DNA of 64,000 bases from an uncultured delta proteobacterium. Lineage in GTDB: Bacteria; Desulfobacterota; DSM-4660; Desulfatiglandales; Desulfatiglandaceae. The translations under genes were made by a program, and so were the position numbers. Below the pieces are notes generated by a model. The model was not told where the DNA came from and ran no database searches. It saw nothing but the letters and a program-made list of their open reading frames with translations. How positions within the stretch are numbered: the first letter of the stretch is position 1; each line of letters begins with the position of its first letter. Below, one piece after another: positions 20,490 to 30,917 of this stretch. Location: contig CAVVEP010000018.1 of NCBI GenBank assembly GCA_963747015.1, positions 506 to 64,505 on the forward strand, in the 5' to 3' direction.

Positions 20490-21269
20490 CTACCTTCCCT
20501 TAAATGCGGGTTTACGTTTTTCCTGGAAAGCCTGAAAGCCTTCTCTCCCGTCTTCCGAGACATAGCTGACGGTGAAGCAATGGTTCTCGACGTCGAGAGC
20601 ATCGGCAAGATCCATCTGTACGCCCGTATCAATGGCCTTCTTGAGAAGGCTCATGGCTAACCCGGGCTTGCCGGCAAGCTTTTTGGCCCAGGCTAAGGCT
20701 TCAGCGTGCAGGACCTCTCTCGGCGCGATCCTGTTGACAAGGCCGATGCGGCAGGCTTCCTCTCCGGTTAATGGTTCGCCCATAAAGAGAAGTTCTTTCG
20801 CTTTGGCAACCCCGATTAGGCGAGGTATGCGTTGGGTGCCGCCGGAACCGGGGATAATCCCCAGGTTGATCTCGGGGCACCCTATTTTCGCGTCGCTGGT
20901 TGCGATGCGGAGATCACAGGCCAGAGCGAGTTCAAACCCGCCCCCGAATACGATGCCGAATAGGGCGGCGATAGTGGGTTTATGGATGCCGGCCACCTTA
21001 TCAAGGCAACCCCTGGAAATCCGTGCGAAAGCATGGTATTCAGGAATCGACTTTCCCGCGGCTTCCTTGACATCGAGTCCTGCGCAGAAGGCTTTTTCCC
21101 CGGCGCTCGTCACCACGACAGAGCGGACAGCATCGTCTTTCTCAATATCGCAGAATGCATCATGAATTTCCTGGTATACTTGGGCGCTTAGCGAATTGAC
21201 CGGAGGCCGATTGATGGTTACCACAGCCACCCCATCCTTTTTTTCAACCATTATTGTTTGGTAGCCCAC
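20490..21269 (-). CDS. Enoyl-CoA hydratase/isomerase (crotonase family)
   Basis: 259 aa. VVVTSAGEKAFCAGLDVKE and FGGGFELALACDLRIA crotonase signatures. Confidence 0.9.
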   Translation of the reverse strand: MGYQTIMVEKKDGVAVVTINRPPVNSLSAQVYQEIHDAFCDIEKDDAVRSVVVTSAGEKAFCAGLDVKEAAGKSIPEYHAFARISRGCLDKVAGIHKPTIAALFGIVFGGGFELALACDLRIATSDAKIGCPEINLGIIPGSGGTQRIPRLIGVAKAKELLFMGEPLTGEEACRIGLVNRIAPREVLHAEALAWAKKLAGKPGLAMSLLKKAIDTGVQMDLADALDVENHCFTVSYVSEDGREGFQAFQEKRKPAFKGR

Positions 21270-21287
21270 GGCATCCCCCTTTAGGAT

Positions 21288-22043
21288 TTAGAACACAAAA
21301 AGATCCATACCGCCCATCATGTTGACAACCGCCCCTGTCATGTAGGCGCCGGACACGCTGAAAACAACGGCTTCCCCTATTTCCTGGGGCGTGGCCGCCC
21401 TTCCTACGGCGGTCTTCTTCTCCACCTTACCCCGAACCGGCTCGGGGAGCTTTGCATAGGCATCTGTTTCAGATATCCCGATGATCACGCTGTTTGCAGT
21501 AATATTGAAACGGGCGCCCTCCAGAGCCACTGATTTTGCCAGACTGATCAGACCGGCCTTCGCGGCCCCGTAGCTGGTCTGTCCAAAGCCGCCAAGAACC
21601 CCCGCAACGGAACTGATATTGACGATACGGCCCCATTTGGCGGCACACATATCCGCCCACGCCTCCTTGATGCAATAGAAAGCGGAGTTCAGACAGAGCT
21701 TCACCTCATAATCCCACTCCTCGACAGTGGTTTTCGCGATGGTGATGTTGTGATTCATCAGGGCCGCATTGTTGACCAGAATACTCACCGGTCCAAGCTC
21801 CTTCTTAATCCGTGCAAAGGCGCTCTGAACGTTTTCGTAGTTGCTTGCATCCATTTTGAGGGCAATAGACTTTCGACCCATGGATTCAATCTCATCAGCG
21901 ACGGCCTGGGCCCCTTCCATGTGGCTCCAACCACTGACGGCTACATCAGCGCCCATCTTAGCCAGAGCAAGCGCAATAGCCTTCCCATTTCCCAACGGTC
22001 TTGACGCACCGGTAACAAACGCAATTTTACCTTCCAATTCCAT
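21288..22043 (-). CDS. Short-chain dehydrogenase/reductase (FabG-like 3-oxo/3-hydroxyacyl reductase)
   Basis: IAFVTGASRPLG Rossmann motif, NNAA, and the YGAAKAG catalytic YxxxK. Confidence 0.9.
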   Translation of the reverse strand: MELEGKIAFVTGASRPLGNGKAIALALAKMGADVAVSGWSHMEGAQAVADEIESMGRKSIALKMDASNYENVQSAFARIKKELGPVSILVNNAALMNHNITIAKTTVEEWDYEVKLCLNSAFYCIKEAWADMCAAKWGRIVNISSVAGVLGGFGQTSYGAAKAGLISLAKSVALEGARFNITANSVIIGISETDAYAKLPEPVRGKVEKKTAVGRAATPQEIGEAVVFSVSGAYMTGAVVNMMGGMDLFVF

Positions 22044-24330
22044 TATTTCCTCCTCTTCATTTTCAAGGTTTCAAGGATCTTTTCCGGGGTGATGGGCAGT
22101 TCCATGAAGTCGACGCCTATGGCGTCATAGATGGCGTTGACAATGGCGGGGGCCGGGGCCAGCTGCGTGCCTTCCCCCGCCTCCTTGGCCCCGAACGGTC
22201 CCAGCGGATCGTCTGTTTCCACCTCCATGCGCTTCGATTTCGGGCATTTCCAGCAAAGTGGGAAAGCCGTAATCGAGAAACGAGGGGTTCATCACTGTCC
22301 CGTTTTCTACGATGACGTCTTCATACAGGGCCTGTCCCATGCCGCCCACAACGGAGCCTTCCAGTTGGCCTTCCACCAGCATGGGGTTGATGGCCCTGCC
22401 GCAGTCGTGGGCCGTGACCATCTTCAAAAGCTTTACTTTGCCGGTTTAAGGTCCACTTCGACTTCCGCGGCCTGGGTCATGAAGGAATAGTTGGGCGCGA
22501 AATTGCCGTTTTCCTTGAAGCAGGGTGGTGGGTTCGGTGGCGGGCGGCCAACCAGGAACCCCGGCCCACGATGGGCATGGGGAGGTCCGCATACTGATAG
22601 CCCTTTACGGCATCTTTCAGGCTCATTTTGATTTCTGGAGAGCCCTTGACGAATATCTCCCGGTTTTTGGCCACCAGGTCTTCCGGGCTGGCTTCCAATC
22701 TTGTCGGCCACGAATTCGAACAGTTTGTCTCTGGCTTCAACGGCCGCCAATCTTGCCGCGTTTCCGGCCCTGACCGTCACCCCGCTTCCGAAAGTGCCGG
22801 GATCGAGGGGGGTGACACCCGTGTCGGCGGCGGTTATCCGGATATCTTCCATGGGCACGCCCATGACTTCGGCAACGATCTGGGCGATTACGGTTTCCGC
22901 GCCCTGACCGATGTCCGCCGCCCCTGAAAGACGTTCACGGCCCCGTCCCGGCCCAGCTGCACCACCGAGCCGGAACTGATATGGCTCATGTTGCTGACTC
23001 CGCTTGGAAAAGAGGCCCCTGCCATACCCACGCCCCGGCCAAAGGGAAGCTTCCCTCTCTTTTCTTTCCATCCGATGGCGTCGGCCGCCATTTTTACGGA
23101 ATCGTAAAACCCGCAGGAATTGATGATGAATTTAGCCGGATGCGGCTCTCCGGCATGAATGCTGTTCTTCATGCGGATTTCGGCAGGGTCCACATTGATC
23201 CGTTCACCGATCATATCCAGTTGTCGTTCCACCGCGAACCGGGCTTGGGGAATGCCATGCCCTCGCATGGCCCCGCCCACGGGTTTGTTCGTGTACACGT
23301 GATACCCCTCGTACACAAGATTGGGCACATGATAGGGAATCATGAGAAAAAAGCAGGAAAGGGCGATCATCGTGGGAGCGGTGCTGTTGTAGGCCCCGCC
23401 ATCGGCATGGGCCTTGAATTGCTGTGCAAGGATGGTTCCGTCTTTCTTCACGCCCGTCTTGACCGTAAGATACATGGGATGCCTCTGTCGGGTGGAGATA
23501 AAAAGCTCTTCCCTGTCATAGACAAATTTGACCGGTTTCCCGAGCTTGCATGGCAAACCAGGCGGCGCAGAAATCCTTGGCGAACATATCGATCTTCTGG
23601 CCGAAACCGCCGCCCACCTTGGGCTTGATCACGCGAACCTTGCTTTCCGGTATTTGAAGGGTATTGGCCAGGTTTCTTCGAAGAAAAAAAGGGATCTGCG
23701 TTGAAGACCATACGGTCACTTCCTCTCTCAGAGAATCGTACTGGGCAACGGCGGCGTGAGGCTCCATGGGGGCGTGATTGACGGCCTGAGAGTAGAAACT
23801 GTCTTCAAAAACGAAATCACTTTCAGCAAACGCCTTTTCCACATTGCCGAATTCCTTGTGGATGGAGGGATATGTTGTTCGGGGCATTGTCGTGAACCAG
23901 CGGCGCACCTTCCTTGATGGCATCCAGCGGATCGAATACGGCCGGCAGTTCTTCGTAGTCCACTTTAATCAGTTCAATGGCCTCTTCCGCCATCTCCGGA
24001 TCAATGGCGCAGACGGCGGCCACATCATCGCCGATGTATCGAACTTTTTCCTTGGCGAGAGCGTATTCATCTCTGGCTTTGGGCACAATTCCATAAAGCC
24101 GGTCCGGAATATCCTTGCCTGTGACCACGCCCTTTACACCCGGCAGTTTTTCGGCCCTGGAGGTATCCACATGGAGGACCTTTGCATGGGCGAAGGGACT
24201 TCTCAGGATTTTCCCGTGAAGCATTCCGGGAAAGACAATGTCATCAGTAAACTGCGCACGTCCCTTTTGCCTTTGCAGCCGCGTCATGCATGGGCAGTCT
24301 ATGACCCACAACGTTCAATTCATTTTCCAT
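22043..24330 (-). pseudogene. Molybdopterin-binding large subunit of an aldehyde oxidase/xanthine dehydrogenase-family enzyme (4-hydroxybenzoyl-CoA reductase HcrA-like), broken into at least 8 frame segments.
   Basis: Homology-like sequence runs continuously through ORFs 23823-24311, 23516-23923, 22888-23556, 22433-23071, 22477-22740, 22125-22427 and 22043-22228. Motifs include GRAQFTDDIVFPGMLHGKILRSP, KPKVGGGFGQK, GGAMRGHG, GAADIGQGAETV and VTAHDCGRAINP. The start ATG 24330 follows the stop of the upstream gene directly. Confidence 0.8.
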
Positions 24331-24808
24331 TTATGCACCCTCCCCGGCCTGTTCGTTCACGCTCATCACCGCTTCAACAATTTTCTTGTAGCCGGTGCAT
24401 CGGCAGAGATTCCCTGCCATCTTCTTCTTAATGAATCTCCTCCGTGAGATGTTCCTCTTCGTTCAAAACAGCCTTGGCGGTCATAATCATTCCAGGGGTG
24501 CAAAATCCACACTGGAGTCCGCCCTTTTCCACAAAGGCCGTTTGAAGGGGATGGAGTTGACCGTGTTCTTCCATTCCTTCGATGGTCATGATCTCCTTGC
24601 CGACGGCGTCCATGGCAAGCATGATGCACGATAGAGCCGTCTCTCCGTTTATCAGCACGGTGCAGGCGCCGCAGGTCCCCATGTCACAGCCTCTTTTTGT
24701 ACCCATCAATCCCAGTTTATCCCGTAAGACCTCAAGAAGGGTGTTATTGGGGGAAACAAGCACTTCATGGTTGTCGCCGTTAATCCTCAGTTCGATAGCC
24801 GTTTTCAT
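24331..24808 (-). CDS. [2Fe-2S] small subunit (HcrC/CoxS-like). One frame break at ~24428.
   Basis: GCDMGTCGACTVLING and CGFCTPGMIM motifs in ORF 24428-24808. The C-terminal IKKKMAGNLCRCTGYKKIVEAV motif is in a shifted frame that ends at TAA 24331-24333. Confidence 0.8.
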
Positions 24809-25782
24809 GATTCTGTCCTCCCCATGGCTCCCTGAATTGCACTTCGAAGAAGCGAGCCCATCATATTTCGCTTGTAAGATGCCGAGTAATTTGACGTTTT
24901 AACCGGACTCGCCTCTTTTGGCGCCATCCGGCCCGCCTCTTCCAGCAACTCCCCGTTTAAAAGCTTTCCGTTCAGAAAGCCTTCAACGCCGCTGCCCCTC
25001 AAAGGTTTTCTATCCACGGCCGTAAAAGCCACCCTGTATTCCTTTTTTTCCATGGATGCCCAGAAAGCACTCCCCACAATGGGGAAATCGATGCTTTCGC
25101 GGTTCGCACATTTCTGATAAATGGAAAAACCCTCCATAGACGCTTCAGGAATAATAATCTGGGTCAGGAGTTCCCCATTTTGAAAATGGAGAGGGGCTTT
25201 CCCATTCCCGCTGAAAAGCGCTTCCAGCGAAATCTCCCTGGAATGATCTTTGCTCTCTAAAACAATCTTTGCATCCAGCACCAGAAGGGCCGGCGCTACG
25301 TCGCCACAATAACTGGAATAGCAGATATCCTTTTTATTGACCACATGACAGATCTCGCCGCCGGCTTTAAAGCAGGTGGGCCTTGCGCTTCTCCACCATT
25401 GGGATTGATTGAAATATTTGCATCGGTTTTGCTGGCAGATATTTCCCCCGATGGTGCCCATGGTCTGATGGTGATAGGAGCCCACGGAAGAGGCGGCGGA
25501 AGCTAGAGCAGGCAGGCTCTTTGCTACAGCCGGGTGGCCATACACCTTTTTTAAAGGCGTGAGGGCGCCGATTCTGATGGCCCCGTTGTCCTGCTGAATG
25601 CCATAGAGGTCGGGAATTTTTTTAAGGTTTACCAAAACGGAAGGCAACTCCACCTTGTGTTTCATATTTGGAAGGATGTCCGTTCCACCGGCAAGACATT
25701 TGGCGCCGGGCTCATCAAGCAGAATCGTTGAGGCTTCCTTGACGCTTTCCGGCGCCACATATCGGAATTTGGGTAATCTCAC
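24805..25782 (-). CDS. FAD-binding medium subunit (HcrB/CoxM-like) carrying an extra Cys-rich loop
   Basis: LAGGTDILPNMK FAD motif. A Cys-rich insertion ICQQNRCKYFNQSQWWRSARPTCFKAGGEICHVVNKKDICYSSYC. ATGA overlap with the downstream small-subunit gene. Confidence 0.85.
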   Translation of the reverse strand: MRLPKFRYVAPESVKEASTILLDEPGAKCLAGGTDILPNMKHKVELPSVLVNLKKIPDLYGIQQDNGAIRIGALTPLKKVYGHPAVAKSLPALASAASSVGSYHHQTMGTIGGNICQQNRCKYFNQSQWWRSARPTCFKAGGEICHVVNKKDICYSSYCGDVAPALLVLDAKIVLESKDHSREISLEALFSGNGKAPLHFQNGELLTQIIIPEASMEGFSIYQKCANRESIDFPIVGSAFWASMEKKEYRVAFTAVDRKPLRGSGVEGFLNGKLLNGELLEEAGRMAPKEASPVKTSNYSASYKRNMMGSLLRSAIQGAMGRTES

Positions 25783-25839
25783 AGTGAACCTCCTTGTTTC
25801 CTGATCGTCCTCAATTTAAACATCAAGCCCTATATATAC

Positions 25840-25855
25840 TTTCATAATATGCAAT
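25840..25855. promoter_or_regulatory. Candidate operator motif TTTCATAATATGCAAT upstream of the reductase operon
   Basis: 14/16 identical to 26156-26171 in the same AT-rich divergent intergenic region. It lies 58 nt from the minus-strand start at 25782. Confidence 0.3.
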
Positions 25856-26155
25856 ACTATTTCATGGTTTTGATCTATATCATCGGCAAATAGCCCTGTC
25901 AAGCCAAAATGCAAAAACAGTGAGGATAATCCTTGCACGAAGAGAAAGGGTCTTTCAGGAACCTTTTTACTTCAAACTTTTTCTCGCGGATAATTCTTGG
26001 GCAATATCTTGTTTTCATTGAATCCAGCTTGCTTCTGGTTGTTTTTTTAAAAATCCGCCACTTCGGCCAGCACCAAGAAATGTAGCGATGAAAACCTCTG
26101 CTGTATTTTTAACTTGACAGGAAATCCTGCCATATTGTAAAAAAATGCAATCACA

Positions 26156-26171
26156 TTTCACAATATGCAAG
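26156..26171. promoter_or_regulatory. Candidate operator motif TTTCACAATATGCAAG upstream of the acyl-CoA ligase gene
   Basis: Second copy of the 16-mer, 85 nt upstream of ATG 26256. It sits just downstream of a TTGACA (26114-26119) and a TGTAAAAAA -10-like box. Confidence 0.3.
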
Positions 26172-26255
26172 AACTAAATTCAGGAATCAAGATTTTATCC
26201 TGGGCAGGAATATCGCCAGGCTTTCAGGGTCGAAACGAAAAGAGGAGACTTTGAT

Positions 26256-27858
26256 ATGATTGATTTAGAATATCTTTCACTGGGGCAGGTTCTCCGGAAA
26301 GGGGCTGAATCCGATCCCACCAAAACCGCGGTTGTGTGCGGCAGCGAACGAAAAACCTACAGCGAGCTCGATGCCTTGTCGGACGCCCTTGCGGCCGGAC
26401 TTGCGGAGCATGGAATTAAAAAAGGGGATCGCGTTGCCATCTTCATGCGCAATTCTCTGGAGCTGGTGACCGTGTTTTATGGGCTTGAAAAACTGGGCGT
26501 TGTTGTGATCTGGGTAAACCCTATGTATCGCCGGACAGAGGCCGAATTCATATTGAAGAACTCTGAAGCCCGCGGTGTCTTTATTTTCAAGGACTGGGAA
26601 AATTATAATTATCTCGAAGCGGTTTCAGATATTCAAGAACGCCTTCCAAGTCTCGAATTCATTTTTGCGGTCGGAGAAGGGGTGGGAGAAAAGGGCGTTC
26701 AATACGAACAACTTCTGGAACAGGGAAAGAGACGATCCTGTACCCCGCTCGCGTCGATACCAAAAACGATCTGGCCATGCTGATCTATACATCCGGAACC
26801 ACAGGCAAACCCAAGGGCGCCATGATCACCCATTATCAGGCTATCAGGGCGGGCATGGAATACTCTTACGGGATCAATGCCCAGGCGGATGACATTTTCA
26901 TAGGTTTTCTCCCCATGTGTCATTCTTACGGATGCGGAGCCCTTCTCATCCAGCCGCTGCTCCTCCGATCGACCGTGATTCTGATGGAAAAATTTGAACC
27001 GGAAGCTGCTTTTAAGATCATAGAAAAAGAAAAAGTATCCATTCAACTGGGGGCGCCAGCCCACTATATTATTGAACTGAATCATCCGGCGCGGAAAAAT
27101 TATGACCTGTCGTCTTTGCGGGCCGGGATGATTGCCGGCCAACCGGCGCCGGAAGGTTTGATCGCCAGAGTGGAAAATGAGATGGGGATCTACCTGACCT
27201 CATTCTGGGGCGCATCGGAAGTGGGTCCCGGTTTGGGAATCCGATGTCCGTTTCCCTCCCCGCTTCGCGTGCGCGAAAAATGTATCGGTAAACCGATCGA
27301 GGGAACGGAGGCCCGTGTTGTAAACACCGCTACAAGGGAAGAAGCGGGTATGGGGAAATTGGAGAACTGACTCTCAGGGGATGGCATGTCCTTAAAGGCT
27401 ACTGGCGAAACCCGGAAGAGACCGGAAAGCAGATCGTCGATGGATGGCTTTTCATGGGAGATCTGGTATCCCGTGATGAAAACGGGTTTTTCACGATCTA
27501 CGGTAGAAACAAGGATTTGATCAATCGCGGAGGTTACAAGATTTATCCATACGAACTGGAATCCCTGATCATCGAGCACCCCGATGTGGAGCAGGTCTGC
27601 ATCGTGGCCACCCCAAATCCGGTATTGGGCGAAAATATCTGCGCCTGCGTGATCCCTCCGGAAGATCGGACGGTTACCCTGGAAGAGATCAGGGATTTTC
27701 TTGAAGGAAAAGTAGCCAAGAACAAACTTCCCAACGAATTATGTATCATGAAGCAATTTCCGACCCTTTCGGGTGGAGTAAAAATCAAGAAATTCGGCGA
27801 AAACGGGCTGATGGAACTGGCGAAAAACGATTTAAACCGCGAGGGATACCGAAAATAA
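26256..27858 (+). CDS. AMP-dependent acyl-CoA synthetase/ligase (aromatic or alicyclic acid-CoA ligase type). Two frame breaks.
   Basis: LIYTSGTTGKPKGAMITH AMP-binding motif, and GEIGELTLRGWHVLKGYW...GWLFMGDL...GRNKDLINRGGYKIYP. Breaks lie at ~26730 and at the G-run ~27352. The three ORFs 26256-26783, 26777-27370 and 27454-27858 are collinear. Confidence 0.85.
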
Positions 27859-27911
27859 GGAAGACAACAAGGACTTCTGGGATAAGTTCACCTATTACAA
27901 CTGATGAAAAT

Positions 27912-28706
27912 ATGAAAACAAGGCAGGAAAAGGAACCGATTTACAAAGTGCAGGCGCTTGAGAGGGCGCTGGATATTATTGATTGTTTTTCGTTTCAGCG
28001 AAAAGAACTGAGGTTGTCGGAGATCGCCGAAATAACCGGGTTGAACATGACCACGGCAAAACGATTGATTTCAAATCTTGTGGCTCGCGGATATCTCCAG
28101 CAGATTCCCGACAGTAAGCGTTATCAATTGGGAATCCGATTATTTGAGCTGGGGGGGATTGTTTTTTCTTCATTCTCGCTCGGAAAAATGGCCGCTCATC
28201 ATATCACAAACCTTCAAAATGAGACAGGGCTTACCGTGCTTATGGGCGTCATGATGGACGATCAACTGGTGTACGTGGATAAGCGGGAAGGAGGGATGGG
28301 CATGATACGCATTTCATCCGACATCGGCTCGCGACGGCCGATTCATTATGGCATGCTGGGAATGGTTTTAATGGCCTATCTCGATTCCGAGCATGTGAAA
28401 GCCATCCTCGAAAAAACCCCATTACAGCCCTATACGTTCAACTCCCTCACCGATGAGGACGCCTTCAGCATTCGGTTGGAAGAGATTCGAAGAAGAGGTT
28501 TTCTCATAGAAAAAGAAGAGGCGGTCGAAGGAATTATTGGCATTGCCGCGCCTGTCAGGAATTATTCCAGGCAGGTTATCGCCTCTCTTGGAATAGCTGT
28601 TCCGGTGGTCAAAAGCACTTCGGAAAAAGAACTGAAAAAAATCGCGGAACAGGTTATTGCGGCCTGCGATGGAATTTCTTCGGACCTGGGATACCTGAAA
28701 ATTTAG
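27912..28706 (+). CDS. IclR-family transcriptional regulator
   Basis: N-terminal wHTH (VQALERALDIIDCFS...LRLSEIAEITGLNMTTAKRLISNLVARGYLQQ) and a C-terminal IclR effector domain. ATG 27912 chosen; the longer ORF from 27741 overlaps the ligase gene. Confidence 0.9.
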   Translation: MKTRQEKEPIYKVQALERALDIIDCFSFQRKELRLSEIAEITGLNMTTAKRLISNLVARGYLQQIPDSKRYQLGIRLFELGGIVFSSFSLGKMAAHHITNLQNETGLTVLMGVMMDDQLVYVDKREGGMGMIRISSDIGSRRPIHYGMLGMVLMAYLDSEHVKAILEKTPLQPYTFNSLTDEDAFSIRLEEIRRRGFLIEKEEAVEGIIGIAAPVRNYSRQVIASLGIAVPVVKSTSEKELKKIAEQVIAACDGISSDLGYLKI

Positions 28707-28707
28707 T

Positions 28708-30917
28708 CTGAAGTTCCTGGGACAATCAAGCCTGGAAGCTACTTTAACATCCTGATTAAAATAGAGATATTCGACCGTGGAGGCGGTTTTTGGTGTGAAA
28801 ACGTAGTCATGTAATAGTCCATATTAATAGAATTCGTGCTTGACATAGATGTGATAATGTGCTACAAATTGTCGACATGTACATCGCTACAATACCAAAT
28901 CGCAACTCGCCACCGGCCATTCTGCTCCGCGAAAGCTATCGCGAAGACGGAAAAGTCAAGAACCGCACATTGGCAAATCTATCCAAATTGCCGCCACAAT
29001 CCGTTGAGGTGCTGCGTCGTTCCCTCAATGGTGAAAATCTTGTTTCGACCGATTCCTTTGAAATCATAGAGGATGGATCCCCCGCTCATGGTCACGTCGA
29101 TGCGGTAATAACAGCCATGAGGCGATTGGATTTCTCAAAGCTCATTTGTTCAAGGCGTTCATCACAGCGGGATTTGGTAGTCGCCATGGTTGCTGCGCGC
29201 ATCCTCGAGCCAAAATCAAAGCTGGCGACGACACTTTGGTGGGCTGACACAACATTACCGGAAATGCTGGATGTCAATGATGCAAGTGAAAACGATCTTT
29301 ACGATGCTATGGACTGGCTGTTGGAACGTCAGCGCGGCATTGAAAACAAGTTGGCGGATCGCCACCTTGAAAACGATGCGCTGGCTTTGTATGACCTGAC
29401 TTCGAGCTATTTTGAAGGCCAGACATGTCCGCTTGCCGCGTTGGGGCACAATCGAGATGGAAAGAAGGGGAAACTTCAGGTCAACTATGGCCTGCTTACC
29501 AATCGAAAGGGCATTCCTGTGTCGGTGTCGATATTTGAAGGCAATACCGGAGACCCGAAGACCCTCATGCCACAGGTGGAGAAAGTGCGAGATGAATTCG
29601 GCATAAAACAGTTTGTGATGGTGGGGGATCGCGGGATGCTGACCCAGAAACAAGTCGATGCATTACATGATATCGATGGCATTGACTGGATTGGTGCACT
29701 TCGTCCAGAGGCGATCAAGAAACTGGCCACCAGTGGTGCGATCCAAATGGGCCTTTTTGATGAACGTAATCTCTTTGAACTCAAACACCCGGACTTTCCG
29801 GGAGAGCGCTTGATTGCCTGCCGGAACGTGGAACTGGCGCGTAGACGGTCCGGCAAGCGAGAGAGTTTGCTTCAAGCAACCATCAAGGATCTGAATAAGG
29901 TCAGGGGTATGGTTCAGCGGGGGCGGTTGAACGGGAAAGAAGAGATTGAAGTACGGGTCCACAAAATATTAAAAAAGTACCGAATTGGCAAGCACTTCGC
30001 CCTTGATATCCGCGAAGACGGATTCAATTGTAAAGTCAATGAAGAGGAGCTCATTGCTGAAATAACGGCAAAGGGCAATCCAGCACAAATCGAAAAGAGG
30101 CTTGAAAAAAGCAGGCATCACATTCAGTCTATTGAAAAACAGTTGGCAAATCTTGCCCAAAAGATCAATAGGGGCCGGTTGCACGGACAGGACGAAATCG
30201 GATTACGGGTCGGCAAGGTTATCAATAAGTACAAGGTTGGGAAGCATTTCGAACTCGATATTAGTGACAACGATTTTAGCTTTGAAATCAATAATGACAA
30301 AGTTAAAAAAGAGACCGCACTCGATGGAATCTATATCGTGCGATCCAGCTTGTCTGAAGAGAGAATGGATGCGGACGAGACGGTGCGCAGTTATAAATTG
30401 CTCAGCCAGGCTGAAAGAGCGTTTCGCTCCTTCAAAACCGTAGATCTCATGGTACGCCCCATTCGCCATCGCCTCGAAGACCGTGTTCGGGCTCATATAT
30501 TTTTGTGCATGCTTGCCTACTATGTCCAGTGGCATATGATGGAAGCATGGAGACCCCTGCTTTATGCCGACGAGGATCAAAAAGGCAAGGCCTCGCGCGA
30601 TCCCGTTGCTCCTGCAAAACGCTCAGATTCTGCAATCAAAAAAGTAAAAACCAAGAGACTCGATGATGGCTCAAGAGTTTTCTCCTTCCGTGGTCTTCTC
30701 GGTCATCTCGGGGCAATCGTTCGTGCCACTTGCCGCTGCCCAGATGAAAGAAATACTTCTGCCACTTTCATGATGACCACCAGCCCTAACCCCAAGCAGC
30801 AGAGAGCATTTGAGTTGCTACAGACGATAAGGGTGTAGACAGTAGCGTTACACTGAATTGAATTTCAACAATTTGAATTTGTTGTATATTTATGCTTTAT
30901 TGAAAAAGGAACTTCAG
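28708..30917 (+). mobile_element. IS1634-family insertion sequence (about 2.2 kb)
   Basis: Imperfect terminal inverted repeats CTGAAGTTCCTGGGACAATCAAGC (28708-28731) and the reverse complement of 30894-30917 (19/24 match). They enclose a single 653-aa transposase gene. The left end begins 2 nt after the IclR stop codon. Confidence 0.75.
28877..30838 (+). CDS. IS1634-family (IS4 superfamily DDE) transposase
   Basis: MYIATIPNRNSPPAILLRESYREDGKVKNRTLANLS N-terminus is typical of IS1634-type transposases. VGDRGM DDE motif, and a C-terminal YKLLSQAERAFRSFK signature. Confidence 0.8.
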   Translation: MYIATIPNRNSPPAILLRESYREDGKVKNRTLANLSKLPPQSVEVLRRSLNGENLVSTDSFEIIEDGSPAHGHVDAVITAMRRLDFSKLICSRRSSQRDLVVAMVAARILEPKSKLATTLWWADTTLPEMLDVNDASENDLYDAMDWLLERQRGIENKLADRHLENDALALYDLTSSYFEGQTCPLAALGHNRDGKKGKLQVNYGLLTNRKGIPVSVSIFEGNTGDPKTLMPQVEKVRDEFGIKQFVMVGDRGMLTQKQVDALHDIDGIDWIGALRPEAIKKLATSGAIQMGLFDERNLFELKHPDFPGERLIACRNVELARRRSGKRESLLQATIKDLNKVRGMVQRGRLNGKEEIEVRVHKILKKYRIGKHFALDIREDGFNCKVNEEELIAEITAKGNPAQIEKRLEKSRHHIQSIEKQLANLAQKINRGRLHGQDEIGLRVGKVINKYKVGKHFELDISDNDFSFEINNDKVKKETALDGIYIVRSSLSEERMDADETVRSYKLLSQAERAFRSFKTVDLMVRPIRHRLEDRVRAHIFLCMLAYYVQWHMMEAWRPLLYADEDQKGKASRDPVAPAKRSDSAIKKVKTKRLDDGSRVFSFRGLLGHLGAIVRATCRCPDERNTSATFMMTTSPNPKQQRAFELLQTIRV

